Virus record (IMG/VR): IMGVR_UViG_3300032214_000715
Coordinates: 62,001-126,000 of that record
Length of the DNA stretch: 64,000 nt
Reading direction: 5' to 3' (one strand)
The position numbers and the translations under genes were made by a program. Of the stretch, positions 55,278-64,000 are shown piece after piece (the first letter of the stretch is position 1; every line of letters begins with the position of its first letter). Under the pieces are notes generated by a model, which ran no database searches, was not told the DNA's origin, and saw only the letters and a list, made by a program, of their open reading frames with translations.

Positions 55278-58200
55278 TTATGCTCCGCCTATCTCTCCAG
55301 TGTTGAGCAGACGAACCGGAACGTAGATGAATTCAACTGCCTTAGCTGGCTCAATTGCTATATCAATCCACAATTCATTTCTATCTATGCGTGCGGGAGT
55401 ATTATTACTCTCATCACATACCACTACGTAGTCATAGATTCCTCGTTTAGACAATATGTCGGCCATTAATGTCTGTACTACGCCGCGTGCTTCGTTACGA
55501 GTGATAGTATCATTCGGCTCAAATATAAACGGACGTAATGCTCGCTGTAACTGATAACGAATATAGCACACTAATCTAGCCACGTTTGTTCTATCAAGTG
55601 AACTTTGACTATCAAAGCTGTTTTTATTACCGTAGTTTAATATTCCTAGATTGGTGAAATAAGAAATTGGGTTGATAAAGTTTGTATATTCAATATCACG
55701 TAGAGCAACACGATTCTTTGTTACCGTAAACTCACCTGTAGCGGCATCAATATAACCGATGTTACTTGCGTTATCAACTATACCACGACGCTGACCAGCG
55801 GGCGCAAACCAAGGATAAGCAACATTATCGCTGTAAATCATAGTACGTAGTATCATATGACTAGCAGGAACAGTTACTTCAGCCCCAGTTAAGTCGGTTG
55901 TGATTCCACTTGGGTAGTATAGACCCATATAAGTGTTACGAGTTACTAGACCGTCTTCGCCTGTGCCACTAGCGTTAGAGGCGTTTGTAGCCCAGTTGAC
56001 TATTGCGTTGGCATCAGCGGGTAATCTTAATGGAGTGTCGCCTATTACATAAGCAGTTTGTCCACGATCATTATTTAATGTTACCATATCTGGCTGTAGC
56101 TCAGGGTATCCGCAAGCAGCTATTAGATTAATAAATGTGTCTTCTTCACGTATTTGTGTGTTAACATTTATTGCGTTCTTTAGCGCTTGTACTACCATAT
56201 GTCTTTGCGCCTTACGACCCATATATGGAGATCCATTATTTTTCAATCCACTTACCGACACCCAAGTATTTCGTTGAGCTGGAATTGTTCCAGAAAAATC
56301 AGCACTATTAAAGTAGTTAGTGCGATATTCCTTTACATTGTATCCACTACGACGAGTGTTAAACAGTAGTGTTCCACGTGGGTATAGTGTTGGATCTGGA
56401 GCGTCCAAGTCTACGTAGTCACTTAATAATAGACCAGCGATTGACGGGAAGGCACTAGTAACTGGATCTGTGCTTCCGTTAGAAGCCCAACGTGCGTCCG
56501 CGAATACTACACCGTTTTCGCTTGTTTGATCGGTGTTATCAATACGAACCCATTGATTTACTTGACCAACTGCTTGCCAGCGATTTATTACAGGATAATT
56601 TTCCAAATCACTAGTATCAATCCATAAATCTCCAAATTGTAATGGCAGACCAGCGGAATTTGTGGTCGGAGCAATCGGAGAAATAAGCGGACCGCTAGTA
56701 TCAGTTTGTGGAGTGCCAGTTGATTTTGGAAGTCCGTTAGCTGCGTAAGCAACGTTACGATATCCGCGCCACTGTCCGCCAACGTTAGTCATGATATCAA
56801 CTTGATTTACGCTACTGTAATACCACTGAGTTCCATTTAGTGGGTATTGAGTAGGAACTATTTCGTTAGGGATATAAGCTACTATTCTCCAATCACTTAG
56901 TTGTACCGTATACTGTGGAGTTGCGAATCCGCTTAGCCATCTTACTTGTTCAATACCACCGTCATCATCAACCGCAGTAACTTCTATTTGATATGAACCG
57001 TTTAGTGGGGAGGCTTCAGTAATAGTAAGAGCGGCACCGACTACGTATCCGTCTCCAGGGGCTGTTACTGTAAAAGAGGGTATATATCCAGTAGTTTGTA
57101 CTTGAAATAGTGCCTCGCCTGAATTTACCTCTATGTCGGAGTATGTAACAGTCTTATAAGGACCCCATTTTGCGCCCGGAGTAACTTCGCTTACAAAACC
57201 AAGCTGAGTTAGTAAAGAGCTTTGCCCGTCAAGTATAATAACTCCACCCTCGGTATGCTCTAGCACAATTGCTCCAGCAGTAGATACAGATGCCTTTGTG
57301 TAATCAATATTGGCAGCAGTCCAAGCGGCCACAAAAGCACTAGCATCTTGTGTTGCTGGACTACTTGGCATAACTATTTCGTATTCATCACTTAGTGCGT
57401 TGCTACTTGGAAAGCTAACTCTAACCTTAAGAGTTGCACCCGCTGATATTGCGGGACTAGCTACTGTGCCGACAAACAGTGATGAGCCGCTTGAGAATCT
57501 GCGATACACTTGAAGTGGTCCTACAAAGTTGGTAGGATTAGTGTTGTACTGAGCGTAAAGTGAACCCTCTGTAATATTTCTTCCACCAGAACTGTCTAAT
57601 GTACTGTTAATAGTCCAATCGTTAGTACTCATCGGAGCGGATACTGATACGAATGACCCTAATGCCGCACTGTATTGATTGAATACTAGATTTGTTCCGG
57701 CATTGGCTGAGTTGGTTTTAATCCAAACACTGCCTGTTGGGCGAGGCTGACTGTCCGAACTTCTCCATAGTGGTTGTTGAGCGTTAGTTCCAAATAGCAC
57801 CTGTGGTGAATTGTAAGTGCCGCTTCCAATTCCTATTTCTGTAAGAACAGTATTTGAACCAACAGGAGCAATTATTATGGCTTGATCCACTTCACTGTAA
57901 ATCTCCAATCTTCCACCAACAGCAGCAGCAGAAACAAATGGAACGTTTGCCTCTTCAATCAAGTCAACAAGTTCACCTAGTGTGTTAGCTGGAGCAGCTG
58001 GAATAGTAATGGTGGTACCATTTATAGAGAACGCAGCTCCAGCTGTTAATGAAGTCACTACCTGTGATCCTTGAATGGTAGGCCAATTATTTCTCCACTC
58101 GGAACCACCTACGGAAACCCACTGATTATTTTTTGCTTTATACCAGTATGTGTGATATGTGTCTGGATTATCAGCTAGTGTAAGATTAGCTGTATTGGTC

Positions 58201-58778
58201 TTCATAGAAATAGCGTAGTCACCAATATTTCCAATAGCAGAAGATGGGCGACCAGATGGGGCATCAGCCATATCACTAGTTTCCATTACAATTAGTGGAG
58301 TCTTGTTAATGAAGTTTCCAGTTACCTGATCAAATTCAAAAATTCCCCAAGTAGTATTTGTTGTATCTAGCCAGTATGTTCCGTCGCTTACGTCAGCCGC
58401 GGGTCTGGTAGTTCTACCCACTAATGATGCCAAATCAATATCGGCACGTAGCACATAGCATAAATTGGTAAGACCCAATACGCTATAGGCGGCCATTAAA
58501 CCGTATTCATTTAACTCATAACCTTGAATGGGTGTACCATTTGTGGTCTTGTAAAAGAATGGATTTCCAAATAGAGTAGTCAAGTCTCGCTGACTAGTTA
58601 CTCTGTATAACTTGTTGGCATTAGCAGCAATAGTGCCAGTCGCTACTCCCGTTCCCGCCGCATTTGATTTATTTTGAGCAGTTGCTAAAACAATAAGAGG
58701 AACTGATGCCGGTGCTGCCGGTAAATATTGACTCTCGTCAACTATGCTTACTTGTACGCCTGGACTGTTTAGTGCCAT
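55278..58778 (-). CDS. gp18: Contractile tail sheath protein
   Basis: SPGV N-terminus; PWFAPAG, RG, INPI, FEPND and CDESNNT motifs. Confidence 0.93.
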   Translation of the reverse strand: MALNSPGVQVSIVDESQYLPAAPASVPLIVLATAQNKSNAAGTGVATGTIAANANKLYRVTSQRDLTTLFGNPFFYKTTNGTPIQGYELNEYGLMAAYSVLGLTNLCYVLRADIDLASLVGRTTRPAADVSDGTYWLDTTNTTWGIFEFDQVTGNFINKTPLIVMETSDMADAPSGRPSSAIGNIGDYAISMKTNTANLTLADNPDTYHTYWYKAKNNQWVSVGGSEWRNNWPTIQGSQVVTSLTAGAAFSINGTTITIPAAPANTLGELVDLIEEANVPFVSAAAVGGRLEIYSEVDQAIIIAPVGSNTVLTEIGIGSGTYNSPQVLFGTNAQQPLWRSSDSQPRPTGSVWIKTNSANAGTNLVFNQYSAALGSFVSVSAPMSTNDWTINSTLDSSGGRNITEGSLYAQYNTNPTNFVGPLQVYRRFSSGSSLFVGTVASPAISAGATLKVRVSFPSSNALSDEYEIVMPSSPATQDASAFVAAWTAANIDYTKASVSTAGAIVLEHTEGGVIILDGQSSLLTQLGFVSEVTPGAKWGPYKTVTYSDIEVNSGEALFQVQTTGYIPSFTVTAPGDGYVVGAALTITEASPLNGSYQIEVTAVDDDGGIEQVRWLSGFATPQYTVQLSDWRIVAYIPNEIVPTQYPLNGTQWYYSSVNQVDIMTNVGGQWRGYRNVAYAANGLPKSTGTPQTDTSGPLISPIAPTTNSAGLPLQFGDLWIDTSDLENYPVINRWQAVGQVNQWVRIDNTDQTSENGVVFADARWASNGSTDPVTSAFPSIAGLLLSDYVDLDAPDPTLYPRGTLLFNTRRSGYNVKEYRTNYFNSADFSGTIPAQRNTWVSVSGLKNNGSPYMGRKAQRHMVVQALKNAINVNTQIREEDTFINLIAACGYPELQPDMVTLNNDRGQTAYVIGDTPLRLPADANAIVNWATNASNASGTGEDGLVTRNTYMGLYYPSGITTDLTGAEVTVPASHMILRTMIYSDNVAYPWFAPAGQRRGIVDNASNIGYIDAATGEFTVTKNRVALRDIEYTNFINPISYFTNLGILNYGNKNSFDSQSSLDRTNVARLVCYIRYQLQRALRPFIFEPNDTITRNEARGVVQTLMADILSKRGIYDYVVVCDESNNTPARIDRNELWIDIAIEPAKAVEFIYVPVRLLNTGEIGGA

Positions 58779-58907
58779 ATTATTTTCCTTTATCTAAATA
58801 ATTACTGTGATTATAGAATTTCTTTTATCACTAAATTTATTTATGATAAATTTCAAAAAAACGCTACTTAAAAACTCTTCGCAAAGAGTTGATATCTAAA
58901 TATAGAT

Positions 58908-59255
58908 ATGAGTAGACCAATATGCCCGGCATGTGGCAAGCACTATGTAGCCCCAAACTACTACAAGAACGAAGTAAGACACTATCGCAGTCGCTGTAGT
59001 ACTTGTATTAAAGGTAACAAAAGAATAAAAGAACCAGAGCCGCGATGGAAAATAAGCGGGTACAAGAAAAAAGCCACATGTGACTTATGTGGCTTCAAAG
59101 CAAGTTATAGTAGTCAAATTACTGTGTTTCACATAGATGGAAATCTCAATAATTCTGCGTTATCAAATCTACGTAGCGTGTGTTTATGCTGCGTAGAAGT
59201 TGTAAAACGTAAAAACGTTAACTGGATTCGTGGAGATTTAGAAGTAGATTTTTAA
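58908..59255 (+). CDS. Zn-finger/HNH-like protein
   Basis: CxxC pairs; HIDGNLNN...NL. Confidence 0.7.
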   Translation: MSRPICPACGKHYVAPNYYKNEVRHYRSRCSTCIKGNKRIKEPEPRWKISGYKKKATCDLCGFKASYSSQITVFHIDGNLNNSALSNLRSVCLCCVEVVKRKNVNWIRGDLEVDF

Positions 59256-59841
59256 CCGACTCATAAGTGAGCGCTAATGGTCCATTATTATCTATTACAC
59301 AATCATAATCCCATTCAATGCTGCTGTATTCACTAGCGTGTATGTTTTTGTACTTCTTAGCAAACTGAAGTGTACGACCAGTACGTTTGTACTCATCTAG
59401 CCACTCGGGATCATCACCGCGAACTACACGTGCGGTAATTCCACCAAGTCTCTTGACGCACTGTAGCTCATTGATAAACCGACAATCAGTGATTACAATA
59501 TTTTCGCTGGCAGATAGCAACTTACGTTCTAGACTGGCAATCCATATTTCACTGTGAAAGTTGTCTCGCATAATCTCAGTAGCATACTCCTGTAATACAA
59601 GACGAGGAGTTAAATTTGATATACTCAATCTCTCTGCCCACCAGATATCTACAGTTTCTCGCCAGGCACGAGATTTTAGTGTGCGACCTTCCAGTAGCTC
59701 GCGATCCCAACCAAAAATAACAGACACAGAATCTTTTACAGAATCGGCCCAACTAGCGCGAACAAAATTATGCTCGTTTACCAAATAGTCAGCAACTGAG
59801 TCCTTGCCCGAATTTATAAAACCACTAATACTAATTATCAT
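59218..59841 (-). CDS. Deoxynucleoside monophosphate kinase
   Basis: GFINSGKD, TPRLVLQ, ITDCRFINE and HASE motifs (T4 gp1-like). Confidence 0.88.
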   Translation of the reverse strand: MIISISGFINSGKDSVADYLVNEHNFVRASWADSVKDSVSVIFGWDRELLEGRTLKSRAWRETVDIWWAERLSISNLTPRLVLQEYATEIMRDNFHSEIWIASLERKLLSASENIVITDCRFINELQCVKRLGGITARVVRGDDPEWLDEYKRTGRTLQFAKKYKNIHASEYSSIEWDYDCVIDNNGPLALTYESVKNLLLNLHESS

Positions 59842-59883
59842 CGTAGCAGTATAACTGCTAACTCACGAATAGTCAAACGTGAG

Positions 59884-60639
59884 TTATCCAATCACCCATG
59901 TAAGAGGGGCGCTGCCGTCAATGTATCGCTTCAAGTCTTCTAGCAAGTCTTCCTGCATCTTGGTGCCCTCGGCCTTCATAGCAGAACCGTTTAGACTAGT
60001 TCCACCACCAGGACCAACGATAGTACCAAATTTCTCACGTGCTTCGCCCATTATGATTTTACACTGCGCTACTGTCCAACTAGTAATCCAGTTGCCAGTT
60101 TGATAGTTTTGTAATAGAGTAATCTCGGGTTTAAGATTATCAGTCCATAGCAATAATTGCTCGCCGCTGCCCTTGAAAGTTCTAACAAAGTGTATTACTT
60201 TAGTAACTGGATTGAATGTGAAAATTACGTAGCCACCAAACATACGCGCTGCCAATTCAATGTACCCAGCATAGAAATCATAAGTAGCCAATCCACCAGC
60301 ATAGTTGTAGTTCAACAAGTATGTGTTTAATATGGCACTGCTGAATGGGTCAAAACTGCTAGAACTGGGACCAGTTTCTAAACCCACTGTTCTACGAAAT
60401 ACTTGTCTCACATTGATAACTTCATGTGGCAACGTGTAAGTATTTTGATCCTTCTCTATAGTTAACAGACTATAGGACTCTTCATAAGCATTTTGCGCTC
60501 GTTGTCTGTACGTAGCTATGGCATACTGATAAGCAGCCTCATAGTGTTCTGGGTCTAATTCCAAATCAATAATGTTTTTTCCTAAACGAAAGCCAACATT
60601 ATCAAATATCTTTTGTTTCATTTCTGCTAGATCGGCCAT
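59884..60639 (-). CDS. gp13: Neck protein (T4 gp13-like)
   Basis: RLG...IDLEL; KF...GPGGGTSLNG. Confidence 0.8.
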   Translation of the reverse strand: MADLAEMKQKIFDNVGFRLGKNIIDLELDPEHYEAAYQYAIATYRQRAQNAYEESYSLLTIEKDQNTYTLPHEVINVRQVFRRTVGLETGPSSSSFDPFSSAILNTYLLNYNYAGGLATYDFYAGYIELAARMFGGYVIFTFNPVTKVIHFVRTFKGSGEQLLLWTDNLKPEITLLQNYQTGNWITSWTVAQCKIIMGEAREKFGTIVGPGGGTSLNGSAMKAEGTKMQEDLLEDLKRYIDGSAPLTWVIG

Positions 60640-60661
60640 ATATTCACCTCTGTGAATATAT

Positions 60662-61147
60662 TTATGTTTTTGGCTCTATCGTAATAGAAATGGACGGAGA
60701 TTTGCCACTGTAAGTAGTAGGCTCTCCTACAATGTATTTGTTTTCATTACCACGTATCAATCTGTTTATTATTCTTTGATAGACGGGCAACATGCCGCTC
60801 TTATCAGTGACAATCAATCTGATTTTTTCACCGCGATCTAATTTGTCTTTATACAACTGAATAGCAGTAGTAAGATACTTGGTTGCTTTTGATGTGCTTG
60901 GTTGTGTGCCTACATCTTTTACTCTTGAACCGCTATAGTGTTTTCCTTTAACTACAGTAGTGTGATGTACTTCCCAATACCCATCTGGTTGTTTTAGTTC
61001 TACGAATATCTGTGATGAATCAGTACTACTTACATAAACATGTAGTTCTTCATCTATATTTTTATCAGCTAGCCATTTTTCTAGTCTTCGTGTGTACTCA
61101 TTAGATATTAATTCGTGTTGAGTATCAAATATTTCCAATATACGCAT
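60662..61147 (-). CDS. Hypothetical protein
   Basis: ATAAATA upstream. Confidence 0.7.
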   Translation of the reverse strand: MRILEIFDTQHELISNEYTRRLEKWLADKNIDEELHVYVSSTDSSQIFVELKQPDGYWEVHHTTVVKGKHYSGSRVKDVGTQPSTSKATKYLTTAIQLYKDKLDRGEKIRLIVTDKSGMLPVYQRIINRLIRGNENKYIVGEPTTYSGKSPSISITIEPKT

Positions 61148-61163
61148 GCGTATATTTATCAGT

Positions 61164-61605
61164 AATCAATAATTGTTTTGATTGAAACTTATTGTATGCA
61201 GCAGAATATGCGAGTAGATACATGCTACCCGCAAAATCGTATGCTCGTCACACGCGACGATGAATTATACAATTACGGTGGGGGATTGTCTATGTCTCAC
61301 CAATCTACTAGAGTAGAAAGTATCTATATTCGCTGTTATCGCCGGAACATTATTCATCGAGTAGTCCCAACCAGCCCACGCCCTCTATCGCTATTACTAT
61401 GACGCGGCACACTTTAAGGCGCATTACTGCGCTCACAACCATTACGACACAGAAAACGCTGCTGCCAGAGGGCAGCCGTTTGTGGCATCCTATTAGGGTA
61501 GTTCTGTGAAGCTGTCTGACCGGACAACTACCGTCCAATAAAAATTAACGGATTTTCGGCATACTTCCGGGTGATGCTAACCCATGCGGTCAATAATTAT
61601 TGATT
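61164..61605. ncRNA. Candidate large structured ncRNA (about 440 nt)
   Basis: 11-bp terminal inverted repeat, many internal hairpins, no credible ORF. Confidence 0.45.
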
Positions 61606-61622
61606 GCTTGTTACGCTAATCA

Positions 61623-62060
61623 TTAGTTAGCTACAATACGATTTACTCTTACGTAAGTAGCATCAAAAATATCGGTCTTAACCACGCCGTAATCGTTCGC
61701 TTCATGACGAACGATATAATCGTTAGCGGTGGTGTAGTAGAGATTCTGTGGACCACTGCCCCAGTTAACTACTACATGCCCGTCGTGATCGGCTAGTTTA
61801 GCTAGCTTGACGATCTTTACTGGACGACATTCTCCATTACCCAAGTCTTCTTTTGTATTCTTAAAAGTTTCTGGGCTCACGATCCAACGTTCGTTCTTAA
61901 CTCCAGTAAGAATATAATCACCTACACCATACGGCACTGGATTTGGATTTTCAAGCGATACTAATGTTCCAGCTTCAGTTGCGATTTCATATCGCTCAAC
62001 ACGATCTTGCCTTTTATAACACTCAAAAGAATTTGAGTCAAACCACGATTCATCAATCAT
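61623..62060 (-). CDS. Hypothetical protein (PGDYG-like)
   Basis: SLE...GDYILTG...ERW...F; two-repeat layout. Confidence 0.7.
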   Translation of the reverse strand: MIDESWFDSNSFECYKRQDRVERYEIATEAGTLVSLENPNPVPYGVGDYILTGVKNERWIVSPETFKNTKEDLGNGECRPVKIVKLAKLADHDGHVVVNWGSGPQNLYYTTANDYIVRHEANDYGVVKTDIFDATYVRVNRIVAN

Positions 62061-62066
62061 TTTACT

Positions 62067-62432
62067 TTACTCCTTAACAAATAATTTAAGATTGGGTGGA
62101 GTCCAACCTTCGGGCTTTAATACTTTGCCGTCATCACGCTTACGAACTTTTCCGGTGACGCTATCAATCTTGGCAAAGTTTGTACGCATTACTTCATTCC
62201 ACGCACCATCTCCGTCTGCTCCAAGACTGTGAATAGCACCAGCAGTTACCACCATGATATCAATCAGTGCGTCTAAACACTCAACGCGATCACCGGCAGA
62301 ATTTGCTTCCCACAATTCATCTACTTCTTCAGCAATCAACTTTGTATAAAGATTGAATTGACTCTCATTAAACGTGCCCACTGATTGGTCACACGCCGAC
62401 ATAAATTTTTCTTGGTCTTTAAATACACTCAT
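62067..62432 (-). CDS. MazG-like NTP pyrophosphohydrolase
   Basis: EEVDEL, DALID and DGKVLKPEGW motifs. Confidence 0.88.
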   Translation of the reverse strand: MSVFKDQEKFMSACDQSVGTFNESQFNLYTKLIAEEVDELWEANSAGDRVECLDALIDIMVVTAGAIHSLGADGDGAWNEVMRTNFAKIDSVTGKVRKRDDGKVLKPEGWTPPNLKLFVKE

Positions 62433-62466
62433 TTGGGTTCTTTCTTTGACTTAGTGTAGTACACTA

Positions 62467-63648
62467 TTAATTCGCTCGCAAGATGATTAGGTCATCATTG
62501 GTCCGACCCTTAACTTGTGCCTGCACTGCGTTGATTTCCTTGAACAGCTTACGAGCAGCCGGCTTACCTACACCAAGCAACTTCTTAAGTTGGTCCCCAG
62601 GCTTCCGAAGTGTCTTCATTCCACTTTGAGTAGAATCAAAGCCCACAATCGTAGTGCCCTTAACAGACAGAGTTCCAACATGCGAGTCGGCAATGTAGTA
62701 GTGAAGCTTACGCTTGGCACTATCGTATGCCCACACTTCAGTGGCACCAACAATCTTGCTAGGATGAATGCTAACCAAATCAATCTTGGCAGCGTCATCC
62801 TTAAATTGGCGCATGTACTTGATTTTGGAAACTTGCTTCTCAACGGGGACAGGCTTACGCTTGCGAACCGTTTTGGTTTGCTTCTTTACGCTTACATAGG
62901 ATCCAACTGCGGCCAACACCGAATCGCAAAACTTAATCATATTGCGAATGGCAATTTTTCCGTACTGAGCATGGCCTTCCTTAAGATCGGCGTCACTGCC
63001 CTGTTGTACTTCTTCCAGTTCAGCGCGACGACGCTTCCACACTTCAACAATAATGCTGGTGTGTTGAGGAAGAATGTTGCGCTCGGAAAGAATACCAACC
63101 ACGTTTACATCGGCGGGTTGAGGTTCGCCATTCAACAGATATGAGTCAAAAAGACCCTCAATGTCGCCAGCAGCTTCACGTGCCTTGTCGCGCATAATCT
63201 CCTGAACGTTTGGGCGAGTAGAAATCTTTTCTACTTCAGGCTCAACTTCTTCTTGCTTAGCGGTTTTAGTCAACAGAGCCTTGAGATGATCGCCGATGCG
63301 AGCCAATTCTTGTTCGGTTAGAACAAGACCGCGCATTCCCATACGAGCAATCCATCCAAGAGAAATGTTATATTCACGCTCGTGTACACCGCGCAGACGC
63401 TTGATATCAGCAGCAGTGACTCCGCGATGAGCAGCAAATTCCAGAATCAATTCTTTGCTCATCTTACGATCAAAAAAGCGAGAGTACCAGTTCAGTGATT
63501 GAACCAGAATTCCCTTGCGAGACTCAGTGTCAGGCTGCTCAAAAAATACTGGTTCGGAACCAGCAAACTTTGTATCAGCGTCACGAGGATTCAATTCGGG
63601 TGCGATAACAACGTCACCGACCACTGTATTGCGAGATTTGCGAGCCAT
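62467..63648 (-). CDS. Hypothetical early protein
   Basis: 393 aa, promoter 63674-63702. Confidence 0.8.
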   Translation of the reverse strand: MARKSRNTVVGDVVIAPELNPRDADTKFAGSEPVFFEQPDTESRKGILVQSLNWYSRFFDRKMSKELILEFAAHRGVTAADIKRLRGVHEREYNISLGWIARMGMRGLVLTEQELARIGDHLKALLTKTAKQEEVEPEVEKISTRPNVQEIMRDKAREAAGDIEGLFDSYLLNGEPQPADVNVVGILSERNILPQHTSIIVEVWKRRRAELEEVQQGSDADLKEGHAQYGKIAIRNMIKFCDSVLAAVGSYVSVKKQTKTVRKRKPVPVEKQVSKIKYMRQFKDDAAKIDLVSIHPSKIVGATEVWAYDSAKRKLHYYIADSHVGTLSVKGTTIVGFDSTQSGMKTLRKPGDQLKKLLGVGKPAARKLFKEINAVQAQVKGRTNDDLIILRAN

Positions 63649-63781
63649 GTGTATTTCCTACTGAACAGACTATAGTATAGCACTGTATTGATTTATTGTC
63701 AAATTTTTGGTTAATCAAAAATATCGTTTATTGGTGCTAACACAGACTCTATTTATTGTCAAGTTTTTTGATAAATACAAT

Positions 63782-64000
63782 ATGCCACGTTTATCGCTAT
63801 ATCGCTCGGAAAAATCCAAAGACTATAAATTCTTTGACAGAATAATCAGTCAAATGTTTACTGCTGGGGCAACTGATTTGTATATTCACAAGTATATTGG
63901 AGTTAACAATAGCTCGACAAGTAAGGACTTAACTCAACCTCATTATGATAAGACAGACGTAACTAATATACAAGATTTGGTGTTTATGGAAAATCGGGAT
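63782..64000 (+). CDS. Neck protein (T4 gp14-like), N-terminal part
   Basis: MPRLSLYRSEKSKDYKFFD...IQDLVFMENRD, open to window end; ATAAATA upstream. Confidence 0.65.
   Translation, partial: MPRLSLYRSEKSKDYKFFDRIISQMFTAGATDLYIHKYIGVNNSSTSKDLTQPHYDKTDVTNIQDLVFMENRD

Noticed and set aside
61164-61605. RNase P RNA, or the short ORFs 61178-61402 and 61350-61538
   Set aside because: No GAGGAAAGTCC-type P4 signature; ORFs lack an RBS and protein-like composition.

Overview
A 64-kb segment of a large T4-like (myovirus) phage genome, mostly coded on the minus strand in the standard genetic code. 1-13 kb holds early/accessory genes behind repeated sigma70-type promoters: two R-M-like pairs, a phosphoesterase, deaminase, kinase, PTP, parvulin, a SET-domain protein and a circularly permuted tmRNA. 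11.6-26.3 kb is a large RNA-gene array. It has 27 canonical tRNAs covering all 20 amino acids (two with group I introns), non-canonical tRNA-like RNAs, a family of about 10 conserved cargo-bearing hairpins, and free-standing homing endonucleases. 26.4-36.7 kb carries a cell-wall hydrolase, PAAR, glutaredoxin, nrdB and an nrdA fractured by an atypically split intein plus endonuclease. 36.8-64 kb is structural: Ig-repeat proteins, GH19 lysin, tail tube and sheath, neck proteins. Strongest novel candidates: (1) a 35-codon leader peptide containing all 20 amino acids, coupled to a terminator/antiterminator at the head of the tRNA array; (2) two tRNA-Arg genes with a rewired D-arm, one split by a cassette carrying a canonical replacement tRNA; (3) the CCA-linked hairpin/ncRNA array; (4) the 21-aa-IntN split intein; (5) a group I intron at tRNA position 31/32 lacking the U.G splice pair. 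All calls were made by eye; no database searches or folding programs were run.
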